Assembly: GCA_963422415.1 (NCBI GenBank)
Contig: OY729430.1
Location: 2,517,598 to 2,581,597 of the forward strand
DNA from: Caldilineaceae bacterium
Lineage (GTDB): Bacteria > Chloroflexota > Anaerolineae > Caldilineales > Caldilineaceae
Direction: 5' to 3'
DNA length: 64,000 nt
Shown here: positions 32,527 through 42,681 of the stretch, piece after piece
How positions within the stretch are numbered: position 1 is the stretch's first letter
Layout of the letters: every line of letters begins with the position of its first letter
Translations under genes and position numbers: made by a program
Notes under the pieces: generated by a model
Database searches by the model: none
What the model saw: the letters and a program-made list of their open reading frames with translations, nothing else
Told to the model about the DNA's origin: nothing

Positions 32527-33563
32527 CCGTGGAAATGACCCAAACCCGTCCCGCGACAGGGGGCTTTGACGGACATGGAGAAGGCGCCGCATTGACAGTC
32601 AAGGAACTCAAGGTCTACTATCACACCCCTACCGGGGACGTGAGGGCCGTAGACAGCGTTTCCTTTGAAGTGCGCAAAGGGGAAATCATGGGCTTGGTCG
32701 GCGAATCCGGCTGCGGCAAGACCACGACGGCGATGGCCATTCTGCAGCTGGTGCAGAGTCCAGGCCGCATTGTAGGCGGTTCCGTCGAGTTGGACGGCAT
32801 TGACTTGATGCAGCTGAATAGCGCTGAACTGCGAGATGTGCGATGGACCAGGTTGTCGCTGATCCCGCAGGGGGCCATGAACTCCTTGAATCCCGTGATG
32901 CTGATCAATTCGCAGATCAAGGATGCCATCCAGACCCACGAGGCGCGATCCAGTTCCGCGGAGCTGAAGGAGCGCATTGAAAACCTGTTTCAGCTGGTGG
33001 GTCTGCCCAGCCGGGTCTACAACATGTATCCCCACGAGCTGAGTGGCGGCATGAAGCAGCGGGCCTGCATTGCCATGGCCATCGCGTTGAATCCCCAATT
33101 GATCATTGCGGATGAACCGACTAGCGCCTTGGATGTAGTGGTGCAGAGGGTTGTGGGCCAGACCCTGCTGGATGTCAAGAGACGTCTGGGCATTTCCATG
33201 ATCGTGATTGGCCACGACATGGGCCTGATGGCCCAGCTGGTGGATCGCCTGGCCGTCATGTACGCCGGCCGGATGGTGGAAATCGCCCCTGTCAAGTCAA
33301 TGTTTGCCGAGCCATTGCATCCCTATGCGCAATTGCTGATTGAATCCATCCCGTCGATCAAGGAACGAAAGCCCCTTAGGCTGACGGAAGGCTTGACTCA
33401 CGATCTGCGCACTCCACCTACGGGCTGCATCTTCCAGATGCGGTGTCCCCACGTCATGGACATTTGTCGGGAAGCGGACCCCCCGTTGCGGGAATTGAGA
33501 CCGAATCATCAGACTGCCTGTCATCTTTACGAGGATGACGGTACGCCGATACCCCATCCCTAG
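32523..33563 (+). CDS. ABC transporter ATP-binding protein (DppD/OppD-like)
   Basis: Walker A GESGCGKTT, signature LSGGMKQR, Walker B IIADEPTSALD. The C-terminal oligopeptide-type extension carries Cys residues (CIFQMRCPHVMDIC). ATGA-coupled to the permease. Confidence 0.9.
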   Translation: MTVEMTQTRPATGGFDGHGEGAALTVKELKVYYHTPTGDVRAVDSVSFEVRKGEIMGLVGESGCGKTTTAMAILQLVQSPGRIVGGSVELDGIDLMQLNSAELRDVRWTRLSLIPQGAMNSLNPVMLINSQIKDAIQTHEARSSSAELKERIENLFQLVGLPSRVYNMYPHELSGGMKQRACIAMAIALNPQLIIADEPTSALDVVVQRVVGQTLLDVKRRLGISMIVIGHDMGLMAQLVDRLAVMYAGRMVEIAPVKSMFAEPLHPYAQLLIESIPSIKERKPLRLTEGLTHDLRTPPTGCIFQMRCPHVMDICREADPPLRELRPNHQTACHLYEDDGTPIPHP

Positions 33564-33617
33564 ACCCAAGACCGTCGCCTTCAGCGCTTCACACCCAAGA
33601 CATAAGGACACTCTGTA

Positions 33618-34604
33618 ATGCCGCCGCTGTTGGAAGTACAGAATGCCACCAAGCTTTACGGTGGTTCCTTGCTAAGTGGAGGCCCCGTCACTGTGGCCCT
33701 GCAGGACTACAATTTGACCATCGAGGAATCGCCTGCCACGATCACGGCCGTCGCGGGGGAATCAGGCAGCGGCAAGTCCACCTTGGCCAATCTGGTGTTG
33801 GGATTTACCAGCCTCACTTCGGGAAACATCATTTTTCGAGGCAGGAATGTCAAGGAAATGATCGGGCAAGAGCGCATGCAGTATCGTCGCGAGGTGCAGG
33901 CCGTGTTTCAAGACCCCTATGCGGTGTATAACCCGTTTTACCGGGTGAAGCACGTATTCGACATGATCATCCACAACTTCAAGATGGCCCACAATGTGCG
34001 CGACGGGCGTGAGATGATTGAAGACGCCCTGAATGTGGTGGGATTGCGAGGCGAGGAGATTCTGGAAAAATATCCTCATCAGCTGAGCGGTGGTCAGCGG
34101 CAACGCATCATGATGGCGCGCGCCTATATGTTGCGCCCCCGGCTGATTGTGGCCGACGAGCCAGTTTCCATGGTGGATGCATCCCTGCGGGCCATGATTC
34201 TGGACATCATGCTACGGTTGCGGGATGAGGAAGGCATCTCCTTTCTCTACATCACGCATGACCTGAGCACTGCCTACCAGATCGGCGATGCCATCTACTT
34301 GCTGTATCAAGGGGTGATTGCCGAAAGCGGGGAAACCACCAGTGTCATTGAGAATCCCAAGCATCCCTATGTGCAGCTGCTGCTGGACTCCATTCCCGTG
34401 CCTGATCCGGATATCAAGTGGGGTTCCGAGGATATGGCGACAGTCGACGATGAAGAAATGCGGATCAGCGTAGACAGCGGATGTCGTTTCTATCCCCGCT
34501 GTTCGCAGCGATTTGATCGGTGCCTGGAATTGACGCCACCCCCATTCTCGGTGGGGGAGAAAGATCACCAGGCCGCCTGCTTCCTCTATGAGGACAAACG
34601 CTAG
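33618..34604 (+). CDS. ABC transporter ATP-binding protein (DppF/OppF-like)
   Basis: GESGSGKST, LSGGQRQR, IVADEPVSMVD. Confidence 0.9.
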   Translation: MPPLLEVQNATKLYGGSLLSGGPVTVALQDYNLTIEESPATITAVAGESGSGKSTLANLVLGFTSLTSGNIIFRGRNVKEMIGQERMQYRREVQAVFQDPYAVYNPFYRVKHVFDMIIHNFKMAHNVRDGREMIEDALNVVGLRGEEILEKYPHQLSGGQRQRIMMARAYMLRPRLIVADEPVSMVDASLRAMILDIMLRLRDEEGISFLYITHDLSTAYQIGDAIYLLYQGVIAESGETTSVIENPKHPYVQLLLDSIPVPDPDIKWGSEDMATVDDEEMRISVDSGCRFYPRCSQRFDRCLELTPPPFSVGEKDHQAACFLYEDKR

Positions 34605-34834
34605 GGGACGGTTCCTGTCTGCGCCTGCCCTTCTCTTGGTAAAGCCAGAATTGGCGTTGGCAACCCTGATCGTGGGCCGGCGCGTCCGCAACTGGACCTG
34701 AATCTGCGGACGAAAATCTTGCCGAAATTGTTTTTGGATAGCCCAAGAAGGCCTACAGGAGAAGCAGATCCTCTCGAACATCCTTGTCCTGATAGACTCT
34801 GCCAAACGGGAATGCGGCGCGGAGGCCCCTGGCG

Positions 34835-35767
34835 ATGTATGCATCTGGATTGTCCAATGAACTGCCTGAACCCAGGCCCAGGGTGCTGGCAATTGGGTAC
34901 GCCTGCTATGACCTGACCTTTGCCGTGGCACGACACTTGGGCCCTGACGAAAAGGCCAATGCCGAGAACTTCGCCGGTTGTGGCGGTGGATTGGCAGCCA
35001 ACGCTGCCGCCACCGCCGGGGCGTTGGGGTACGATACCGTTCTGGCCGCCTATTTGGGCCACGATCTCTTTGGCGACGCCCATGTCGGTGAACTGCGGGC
35101 ATTGGATGTGAGGGTGGACCACCTTCTTCGATCGGATGCACCCACAGGCGTTTCAGGCGTCATGGTCAAGCCGAACGGCAACCGTACATTGGCCGCCTAT
35201 AGGGGAAAGCAGCCTCAGTATCCTGCCGATGCCTTGGACTTGGAGGTCATACAGCCCCAAGCTGTATTGGTGGACGGGCACCAGCCAGACGTTTCCGTGA
35301 GCGTAATTCAGCAGGCCCGGGCAAGAGGTGTGCCCACTGTCTTGGATGCCGATGCCGATTCGCCGCGCAGCCGGGCGCTGGCGCCGATCGTGGATCATGT
35401 AGTGGCCGCAGAACGCTTTGCCTTCGACTATACGGGCGCTGCCACGCTGCAGGACGCCTTGCAAGGCATGGCCCGGCTGGCAGAGACAGTTGTGGTTACG
35501 TTGGGAGAAAGAGGACTGGTTTGGTCTAGGCATGGACAGACAGGTTCCTTGTCGGCCTACGATATAGAGGTGCGAGACACCAACGGAGCGGGCGATGCAT
35601 TTCACGGCGCCTATATCGGCGCACTGGCTGAGGGCATGGCCTGGCCAAGGCTCTTGCGATTTGCCAGCGCCACTGGCGCCTTGTGTTGTCAGACGGTGGG
35701 ATCCAGGAATGGACTGCCTTGTCGTTCCGAAGTTCTCAGTCTCATGTCCGCCCAAAGCATTGCTTGA
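34835..35767 (+). CDS. PfkB-family carbohydrate kinase (ribokinase / keto-deoxy-sugar-acid kinase like)
   Basis: VLAIGYACYDL..., GGGLAANAA, DTNGAGDAFHGAY. Confidence 0.8.
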   Translation: MYASGLSNELPEPRPRVLAIGYACYDLTFAVARHLGPDEKANAENFAGCGGGLAANAAATAGALGYDTVLAAYLGHDLFGDAHVGELRALDVRVDHLLRSDAPTGVSGVMVKPNGNRTLAAYRGKQPQYPADALDLEVIQPQAVLVDGHQPDVSVSVIQQARARGVPTVLDADADSPRSRALAPIVDHVVAAERFAFDYTGAATLQDALQGMARLAETVVVTLGERGLVWSRHGQTGSLSAYDIEVRDTNGAGDAFHGAYIGALAEGMAWPRLLRFASATGALCCQTVGSRNGLPCRSEVLSLMSAQSIA

Positions 35768-35795
35768 TTTTCCGGTTTGAAGGAGCCATAACATC

Positions 35796-36647
35796 ATGAC
35801 TGCACGCGTTTCCACATCTTCTTGGAGCCTGCACAGAGCCTTGGGGTCCGTGTGGCTGGATGACTTTTCCACTGAGAAGCTGACCCCTCCCAGCAATAAC
35901 GCCGCCATGTCGCTGCTGCAGTTGCCAGACATGGCGGCTCAGCATGGCATCCATACGCTGGAAATCTGTCATTTTCACTTCCCCACTCGAGACAAGGGCT
36001 ACCTGACCGAACTGGCCAGCGAAGCCGCCCGCGCCAACGTGGAAATCTTCTCGATCCTGGTTGACGATGGGGACATCACAGCCGCCGATCCGCAAGAACG
36101 GGAAGTGCAGTTGGACTGGATCCGAGGCTGGATTGACAGTGCCGGCATCCTCGGCGCGAAGGCGGCCCGCATAGTCGCGGGTGAAGCGTCCGTGCCGGCT
36201 GACATCCAGAATCCGGCGGGACATCCCAGCATTCAAATGAGCGCCCTGCAACTGAAATCCCTGTACGCCTATGGACAGGACAAAGGGATCAAGATCTTTA
36301 CCGAAAATTTCCGTCCACTGTCGTTGCAGGCAGACCACCTTGTTGCAATTCTGGAGCTTTGTGACGGCCAGATCACCATCTGCGCCGATTTTGGCAATTT
36401 CAAGGGGCCAGATCGCTACCAGGAATTTGCCAAAATTGCCCCGTGGGCTACCTCGGGCCATGCCAAGGCTCAATACGAAACAGACGGCTCCATTGTTCCC
36501 GATGACCTGGCAGGCGGCATTCAGGTCCTGAAGCAGAGTGGGTTTTCAGGTCCGCTGTCACTGATTTTCGATCAGCCCATGGTGTCGGATTCAACCGAAT
36601 GGGACTATTTGGATTCCATGAAAAGAGTCGCCGACATGGAGCTGTAG
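35796..36647 (+). CDS. Xylose-isomerase-like TIM-barrel protein (sugar phosphate isomerase/epimerase family)
   Basis: 283 aa. HGIHTLEICHFHF..., IFTENF..., and the overall family pattern. Specific function unknown. Confidence 0.7.
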   Translation: MTARVSTSSWSLHRALGSVWLDDFSTEKLTPPSNNAAMSLLQLPDMAAQHGIHTLEICHFHFPTRDKGYLTELASEAARANVEIFSILVDDGDITAADPQEREVQLDWIRGWIDSAGILGAKAARIVAGEASVPADIQNPAGHPSIQMSALQLKSLYAYGQDKGIKIFTENFRPLSLQADHLVAILELCDGQITICADFGNFKGPDRYQEFAKIAPWATSGHAKAQYETDGSIVPDDLAGGIQVLKQSGFSGPLSLIFDQPMVSDSTEWDYLDSMKRVADMEL

Positions 36648-36843
36648 GCCTGTCCGCGGCCAATGCAGATTGTGCCCCGATAGCCACGCCTACCATCCTG
36701 GGGGAAAGCAAGCGCCGTGAATATCCGCAACAGGACACGCAAAACTCATTGACACGTCTGAAACCACTTTCGCGGTTGACAACGTCAGCGCCGAAATCTA
36801 CCACATTGCAACATCAGGACCAGGGCCTGCCGGGGCCCTGCCC

Positions 36844-38763
36844 TTGGACGATGGCCTGCTGCGGCATTCTTCCAGCGGCAATCTCTTTGGCTTGACTCAG
36901 AATGCCGGCATGGGCTGGCAACCGTCCCGACTCAGACAACCCGAATTTCTGATCCTCTCTACGCAAGGAGGCATCCGCGCTCCGGATGGAACGCCGGTAG
37001 CGTTGGGATACCACACGGGGCACTGGGAAGTGGGACTGCTGATGGAGGAGGCTGCACGGACCTTCTCCGAACTTTCCTGCACGCCCTTCGCCGCATTCGT
37101 CAGCGATCCCTGCGATGGCCGGACGCAGGGCACCACGGGCATGTTTGACAGTCTGGCATACCGCAATGATGCAGCTATAGTGCTGCGCCGGCTCATCCGT
37201 TCCTTGCCCACCCGCAAGGGCATTCTGGGGATCGCCACTTGCGACAAGGGATTGCCGGCCATGATGGTCGCTTTGGCTTCGCAGTCTGACTTGCCCGTGG
37301 CCGTGGTGCCGGGGGGAGTCACCTTGCCGCCTGTGCATGGTGAAGATGCCGGCAAGGTGCAAACCATTGGCGTCCGCTACGTCCATGGGCAACTTTCAGT
37401 GGAAGAAGCGGCTGCACTGGGCTGTCGAGCTTGCGGTTCCCCGGGCGGAGGCTGTCAATTCCTGGGTACCGCAGGAACCAGCCAGGTAGTCGCCGAAGCC
37501 TTGGGCCTGTCCATAACTCATGCGGCGCTGGCCCCTTCCGGACAGCCGATCTGGCGGGAAATGGCACGGCAGTCCGCCCAATGCCTGGTGGATTTGCATC
37601 GGCGCGGCATCCACGCCCAACAGATTCTGACGCCCGCAGCCTTGGAGAATGCCATGGTGGTGCATGCCGCCTTCGGAGGCAGCACCAACCTGCTCTTGCA
37701 CATTCCGGCCGTAGCCCATGCGGCAGGACTTGCCCGACCATCGGTAGAGGATTGGAAACGCATCAACTTCCAGACGCCCCGCCTAGTGGACGTACTGCCC
37801 AACGGTCCTGTCGGTCATGTCACGGTGCAGGCCTTTTTGGCAGGGGGCGTGCCCGAGGTGATGCTGCATCTTCGCAGTCTGGACCTCCTCGACCTTGACG
37901 TGCCCACAGCCACCGGGCTGCGGCTGGGCGACAATCTGGCCCAGTGGGAAACCAGTGAACGCAGACGGCGGTTGAAGGAGATTCTGCGGGAACGAGACGG
38001 AGTCAAAGCGGACGACGTCATCATGGCTCCTCAAGAAGCCAGAGCCCGCAGACTGGCCAGCACCGTGACTTTTCCCACGGGAAACCTGGCTCCTGAAGGG
38101 TCCGTGATCAAAAGCGCCGCGATAGATCCGTCTGTGCTGGATGAAGATGGCGTATATGCCATTATGGGTCCCGCTCGAGTCTTCAACAGCGAAGCCGCCG
38201 CCATTCAGGCCATCAAGGGTCAGACCGCAGTTGCAGTCAAGCCCGGTGACGTCATAGTGCTGATGGGCAGGGGACCGATAGGCAGCGGCATGGAGGAGAC
38301 CTACCAGCTGACATCGGCGCTGCGCTATCTGGAGTGGGGCAAGGAAGTGGCTCTGATTACGGATGCCCGTTTCAGTGGGGTCAGTGCGGGCGCCTGCATC
38401 GGACACATAGGCCCGGAGGCCTTGGCTGGGGGACCGCTGGCCAAGGTCAGAGACGGCGACCTGATTCGAATAGTGGTGGATACGACAAACCTGACCGGCA
38501 CTGTCGATTTAGTGGGATCGTCGCCCGAAGATGGAGCGGGCGCGACAGCAGCGGGCGATGCTCTGCTCCGCCAACGAAGTCTGCATCCGGATCTGGCGCC
38601 GGACGCGCAGCTGCCGGAGGACACCCGGCTCTGGGCCGCCCTGCAGAAAGTCAGCGGCGGTACGTGGGGGGGTTGCGTCTATGACGTGGACGCCATCATT
38701 GCAGCTCTAGACGGGACGAATCGCGCCTTTGAAGTAGAGAAAGATCGCTACGCTTCCGCTTGA
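36844..38763 (+). CDS. IlvD/Edd-family dehydratase of the YjhG/YagF (D-xylonate / pentonate dehydratase) type
   Basis: [16 protein letters not shown]...[27 protein letters not shown]...[38 protein letters not shown]...[16 protein letters not shown] follows E. coli YjhG closely (from memory). TTG start at 36844. The 3' end overlaps the convergent siroheme gene by 16 bp. Confidence 0.85.
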   Translation: MDDGLLRHSSSGNLFGLTQNAGMGWQPSRLRQPEFLILSTQGGIRAPDGTPVALGYHTGHWEVGLLMEEAARTFSELSCTPFAAFVSDPCDGRTQGTTGMFDSLAYRNDAAIVLRRLIRSLPTRKGILGIATCDKGLPAMMVALASQSDLPVAVVPGGVTLPPVHGEDAGKVQTIGVRYVHGQLSVEEAAALGCRACGSPGGGCQFLGTAGTSQVVAEALGLSITHAALAPSGQPIWREMARQSAQCLVDLHRRGIHAQQILTPAALENAMVVHAAFGGSTNLLLHIPAVAHAAGLARPSVEDWKRINFQTPRLVDVLPNGPVGHVTVQAFLAGGVPEVMLHLRSLDLLDLDVPTATGLRLGDNLAQWETSERRRRLKEILRERDGVKADDVIMAPQEARARRLASTVTFPTGNLAPEGSVIKSAAIDPSVLDEDGVYAIMGPARVFNSEAAAIQAIKGQTAVAVKPGDVIVLMGRGPIGSGMEETYQLTSALRYLEWGKEVALITDARFSGVSAGACIGHIGPEALAGGPLAKVRDGDLIRIVVDTTNLTGTVDLVGSSPEDGAGATAAGDALLRQRSLHPDLAPDAQLPEDTRLWAALQKVSGGTWGGCVYDVDAIIAALDGTNRAFEVEKDRYASA

Positions 38764-40046
38764 TCGCCCAGAAGCCACCATGCGGCAATCCGGTCGCGCA
38801 ACTGTTGGGCTGTTCGTGGTTGTCCGTTCCATGAGCTGACAGCCACCGTGCAGTCTCCAATCTGGGTGAACGCAGGTACCCAGAAATCGCCAGCATCCGG
38901 ATCTGTCGCCACATTGCACAGAATGTGGCGCTGTGCAGCCAGATGCGCAATGACATGATTGAGTTGCGGGTCACTGGTCGCGGCGAAAACAAGGAACATG
39001 CCTTCCAGATCCGCACTGCGGAATTCACGGGGCAGCCACGTTATTTCATCCGCATCGATTCTGTCTTTGAGATCTTGCGTGACGTTGGGACTGCAGAGGA
39101 CAACCCGACCTCCTGCATCCAGCAGTTTCAGACACTTGCGCGTGCCCACGGCGCCTCCTCCTACCACCAGTACGGTCCGGGATCGCATCTGGGTCAATGC
39201 GATGGGATATGTCTCCGGATTCCGCTCGCTCTTGAGAGGCGCCGCTTCCGCCGGAGCCTTGGCCCCGACTGTCATGCCAGACCAATGTGCCACCACTTTC
39301 CCTATGATCATCAGGCTGGGACTGTTCCATTCCCCTTCTGCCACGGCCTGCACGACTTGGGCCAAGGTAGTCTGCTGCACATTCTGCTCCGGCCATGTGC
39401 CTGCGCTGACCAGGAGAACGGGAGTGTCAGGGGGCTTGCCAGCCGTCAGCAATTCCTGTCGCACCTCGGAGACTGCCCTGAATCCCATCAGAACGATCAG
39501 AGTGTCCAACTGGGCCAAGGCTTTCCAGTTGGAACGGCCTTGTCGGTTCTCCAAGGCCGATTGCCCCGTAAACACTGCAAAGTCCGCGGCCAGGCCCCTG
39601 TGCGTCAAGGGAACGCCCAGAGCCGCAGGCACACCGGTGGCGGAGCTGACGCCTGGAACCACTTCCACCCTGCATTGCGCCGCACGGAGAGCATCCTGTT
39701 CCTCTCCACCGCGCCCAAAAACAAAGGGATCGCCGCCTTTGAGGCGGACCACCTTCTTGCCTTGTTGTGCCAGCTCAATCAGCAGCGCGTTAATGTCCGC
39801 CTGCGCCCAGCTTGGCCCTCCCGACACCTTGCCCACTTCAAGGAGCTCGGCGTCGGCACGGGCCAGGGCCAAGAGGCGCCGGTCCACCAGGCGGTCATGC
39901 ACCACGGCATCCGCCGTTTGCACCATCCGCAGCCCGCGCACAGTTATGAGATCCGGGCTGCCAGGTCCGGCTCCCACCAAAAAGACCTTGCCGGCCATCT
40001 GAGAACAGTCAACCGCAGCGGCTGTTAGGCCAACGGCTCGGGACAC
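38748..40046 (-). CDS. Fusion of uroporphyrinogen-III C-methyltransferase (SUMT, N-terminal) and precorrin-2 dehydrogenase (SirC/CysG-N-like, C-terminal)
   Basis: SUMT: [52 protein letters not shown]-terminal NAD domain: [29 protein letters not shown]...[16 protein letters not shown]...[16 protein letters not shown]. Confidence 0.85.
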   Translation of the reverse strand: MSRAVGLTAAAVDCSQMAGKVFLVGAGPGSPDLITVRGLRMVQTADAVVHDRLVDRRLLALARADAELLEVGKVSGGPSWAQADINALLIELAQQGKKVVRLKGGDPFVFGRGGEEQDALRAAQCRVEVVPGVSSATGVPAALGVPLTHRGLAADFAVFTGQSALENRQGRSNWKALAQLDTLIVLMGFRAVSEVRQELLTAGKPPDTPVLLVSAGTWPEQNVQQTTLAQVVQAVAEGEWNSPSLMIIGKVVAHWSGMTVGAKAPAEAAPLKSERNPETYPIALTQMRSRTVLVVGGGAVGTRKCLKLLDAGGRVVLCSPNVTQDLKDRIDADEITWLPREFRSADLEGMFLVFAATSDPQLNHVIAHLAAQRHILCNVATDPDAGDFWVPAFTQIGDCTVAVSSWNGQPRTAQQLRDRIAAWWLLGDQAEA

Positions 40047-40780
40047 GAAGACAAGTGGCTCAGAATGATCTCCGAGATACCCGGAACATCCTCCAGCGGG
40101 CCCAGCAATGTCACCCCTCTATCCGGAAATTCATCCGACACGGACGCCAATATGCGCGGCAAGTCTTCCTTGACGTGTCGTCCCCAGTGGAGAAAGTAGG
40201 GCAGCACTGCCACATGGGCAATACCTTGCTGCAACAGCCTCTGACATCCCGTCGCCAAATCAGGGCGATTTATGTCAAGATAACTGGCCACCACGGGCAT
40301 GGGTCTGCACGCGGCCTGCAACTGCGCAGAGATGGTCTGGACCTGACATACAGACTGCGCAAAATGCGAACCGTGAGCGACTAGGACCACACCGGCGGTC
40401 TGGTGGGAAACGAGGGTCTGGCGCCAAGGATCAAGCTGAGCATGCAACAGCTTGGCCATCGAGTCATGCTCACCCAGAACCGGCGTCAATCGGCACTGCA
40501 TATCGGGATACATTGTACGCAGATCCCTTGTCTGTCGTGACAGATCCCGCTGAACGTATTGTCCTGTAGTCAGGAAATAGGGCTGCACCGACACCTGCCG
40601 CACCCCACGCTGCGCCAAGGCCGAAGCGCATTCGGCCAAGGTGGGGACGCCATAGTTGAGAAAACCCGTTTCAATGGCGAGGCGGGACGTGCACGCTCTA
40701 AGCCTGGCGGCCACGCGCTGCATGCCCGCCGCACTGTGTGGCCGCAGACTGCCATGGCCTACGATGAGTAGACCTTCCAC
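40025..40780 (-). CDS. Sirohydrochlorin chelatase, two-domain CbiX/SirB type
   Basis: GLLIVGHGSLRP... and a second half VVLVAHGSHFAQS... The ORF-track start (40915) would overlap cysH by 157 nt. I prefer the GTG at 40778-40780 ((M)EGLLIVGHGS), which overlaps cysH by 22 nt. The start remains uncertain. Confidence 0.75.
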   Translation of the reverse strand: MEGLLIVGHGSLRPHSAAGMQRVAARLRACTSRLAIETGFLNYGVPTLAECASALAQRGVRQVSVQPYFLTTGQYVQRDLSRQTRDLRTMYPDMQCRLTPVLGEHDSMAKLLHAQLDPWRQTLVSHQTAGVVLVAHGSHFAQSVCQVQTISAQLQAACRPMPVVASYLDINRPDLATGCQRLLQQGIAHVAVLPYFLHWGRHVKEDLPRILASVSDEFPDRGVTLLGPLEDVPGISEIILSHLSSCPEPLA

Positions 40781-41556
40781 TCTTCCTCCTTGCTGGCAGA
40801 GGCGAGGCCCTCTTCCTCGTCGACTTGCAGACCGCACTCTGTCTTGTCCATGCCTTGCCAACGGCCGGCCCTCTCGTCTTGCCCTTCCGCGACCGGTTGC
40901 GTGCAGGGCCAGCATCCAATGGAAGGATAGCCTTGGTCATGCAACTCGTTGTAAGGCAAATCGTGCGATCGGATGTAATCCCACACCTCATCGCGCGTGA
41001 CCTTGGCCATGGGGGACACTTTCACTACATTGAACCTGTCGTTCCAAGAGACAAAAGGCGTGTTGGTTCGCGTCGGGGACTGGTCCCGCCGAATCGCGGT
41101 GATCCAGGCGCTGCTGTCCTTCAAGGCGTGAATCTGGGTGTATACCTTGCGCAACTTGCAGCATTCCGTGGGATTCTTGTAATAGAGATTGGGACCGTAC
41201 CGCTCCTCCTGTTCTTCGATCGTAATGAAGGGCTTGACCTGCCGAAAGGTCCGTCCAAAGTGCCTCTCGGCTCGGGCAATCTGCGCATGAGTCTCCTTGA
41301 AGAGAAACATCGTATCCAGAAAGTAGATGTCGATGTCCGAGTTTATCTTCAGGGCGATGTCCATCATCATGAGACCGGAAGGGCCAAATGAAGTGCCGAG
41401 CGACACGCCGCTCTTGAACATGTCCAGACACCACCTCAGCATGCGTTCCACCGAAGCAGACTCAAATTCCTCGTTGAGAGCTTCCAGGTACCGCGTCGTG
41501 ATGAATCCCGGGCGACCGGAATTGGTGGCGAAAAAGGCGGATCGAGCGAAAGTCAT
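40759..41556 (-). CDS. cysH: Adenylylsulfate/phosphoadenylylsulfate reductase, thioredoxin-dependent, Fe-S-type (CysH)
   Basis: Start set at MTFARSAFF... (ATG 41554-41556, GGAGA 6 nt upstream). Motifs: FLDTMFLFKETH, the CC pair in ECCKLRKV, and GCWPCT (cluster ligands typical of APS reductases). The C-terminal catalytic motif reads ECGLQ rather than ECGLH. Confidence 0.85.
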   Translation of the reverse strand: MTFARSAFFATNSGRPGFITTRYLEALNEEFESASVERMLRWCLDMFKSGVSLGTSFGPSGLMMMDIALKINSDIDIYFLDTMFLFKETHAQIARAERHFGRTFRQVKPFITIEEQEERYGPNLYYKNPTECCKLRKVYTQIHALKDSSAWITAIRRDQSPTRTNTPFVSWNDRFNVVKVSPMAKVTRDEVWDYIRSHDLPYNELHDQGYPSIGCWPCTQPVAEGQDERAGRWQGMDKTECGLQVDEEEGLASASKEEEWKVYSS

Positions 41557-41575
41557 TGTGCATCTCCGGAACAGA

Positions 41576-42664
41576 TCAAGCGGTCTGGGTCGCGGTACGG
41601 AACTCACCCAGCAGAGCGCGGGCGTCCGCAAGGCAGGCCTCCGCAGCCGATATGCCTGCAGCCTGCGATGGCGACCGACCCAAAAGAGTCAATAGGACCC
41701 CGGCCGTCATTACGACTTGCGCCCGGGCGGCCGATGCCCTGTTTTCCAACGCCTGCAGGTTCAGAGCGGCATGGTGCGCAACGGCACGACCTGCAGACAC
41801 GGCTTCGCGTTGGGGGAAGCCCAATTCCTCCGGATCCAATGTCACCGGGATCTTCAGGCGCTTTCCAAAGATGCGGGTCTTGCGTCCCGATCTCATCTCA
41901 ATCGAACCTTCTTCTCCCTGTACAATCCAGCTGTCAATCCGGCCGGTCTGCATGTCTCTCATTTCGTTAATGTATTTGGTGTGATAAAAGCCAGACACCT
42001 GAAAGTCGGCATCGGCCGGATTGACCAGCTTTTCCACTGTGTTGAGGACCGTGCGCAGGCCGAATTCCCGCCGCAAGGGCATGAGATCCAGCCAAGCCGG
42101 CATGAAGGCGCGGGCATCGCAATACGCAATGCCGGTCTTGTCCAGCGTCTTGGCTGCGACCTCGGGCGACAAGCCGGTGGCTACGCCCAGTTCGGACAGG
42201 ACATGGGCCGGAGTGACTCCGGCCTTGGTGGGCACGCCTTCCGCTCCATGCAGCAGTACCGGTTGCCCACAGGCCGCTAGAACCAAGGCCACCGCCGGCG
42301 CGAGCTGCGCTGTACGTTCCTTGCCATCATAGGGCACGGCCAAATCCAGCAATCCCCTCTGGCTTGTCACGACAGGCGTCATCCAACGCGCCCGCACCGC
42401 TTCCACAAAACCGCGGATTTCGTCTCGGGACTCCCCCTTGACCCGCTGGGCCACGAAAAAGGCGCCTGCCTGGGCCGGGGACACCGTGCCGGCCAAGATG
42501 CGGTTCAAGGCGTCGTGCGCCTCTGCCTGAGTCAGATCGCGGCGCAACGTCTCGCCTCGACCCAATGCCTGCACGTAGGGCCTGAACCCGTCTCGGTCCC
42601 ATGTGGACGCGGGACGTCCTTCTATCGCAGGACCAGCCATGGATGAGCCGACCGACACCGGCAA
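41576..42664 (-). CDS. Anthranilate-phosphoribosyltransferase-like (glycosyltransferase family 3, TrpD paralogue) protein with a divergent active site
   Basis: The N-terminal helical domain LTQAEAHDALNRILAGTVSPAQAGAFFVAQRVKGES.DEIRGF and the core ...PLRREFGLRTVLNTVEKLVNPA follow TrpD. The PRPP-site motifs GTGGD and KHGN are replaced by VPYDGK and LHGA. Confidence 0.7.
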   Translation of the reverse strand: MPVSVGSSMAGPAIEGRPASTWDRDGFRPYVQALGRGETLRRDLTQAEAHDALNRILAGTVSPAQAGAFFVAQRVKGESRDEIRGFVEAVRARWMTPVVTSQRGLLDLAVPYDGKERTAQLAPAVALVLAACGQPVLLHGAEGVPTKAGVTPAHVLSELGVATGLSPEVAAKTLDKTGIAYCDARAFMPAWLDLMPLRREFGLRTVLNTVEKLVNPADADFQVSGFYHTKYINEMRDMQTGRIDSWIVQGEEGSIEMRSGRKTRIFGKRLKIPVTLDPEELGFPQREAVSAGRAVAHHAALNLQALENRASAARAQVVMTAGVLLTLLGRSPSQAAGISAAEACLADARALLGEFRTATQTA

Positions 42665-42681
42665 TCAGATATTGGAGCGAA

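Noticed and set aside
34212-35141. 309-aa minus-strand ORF spanning the ATPase/PfkB junction
   Set aside because: It overlaps two well-supported plus-strand genes and the gap between them. Its composition is Arg/Pro-rich.
38925-40028. 367-aa and 347-aa plus-strand ORFs
   Set aside because: They are antisense to the SUMT/SirC fusion gene. The translations are Arg/Ser/Pro-rich nonsense.
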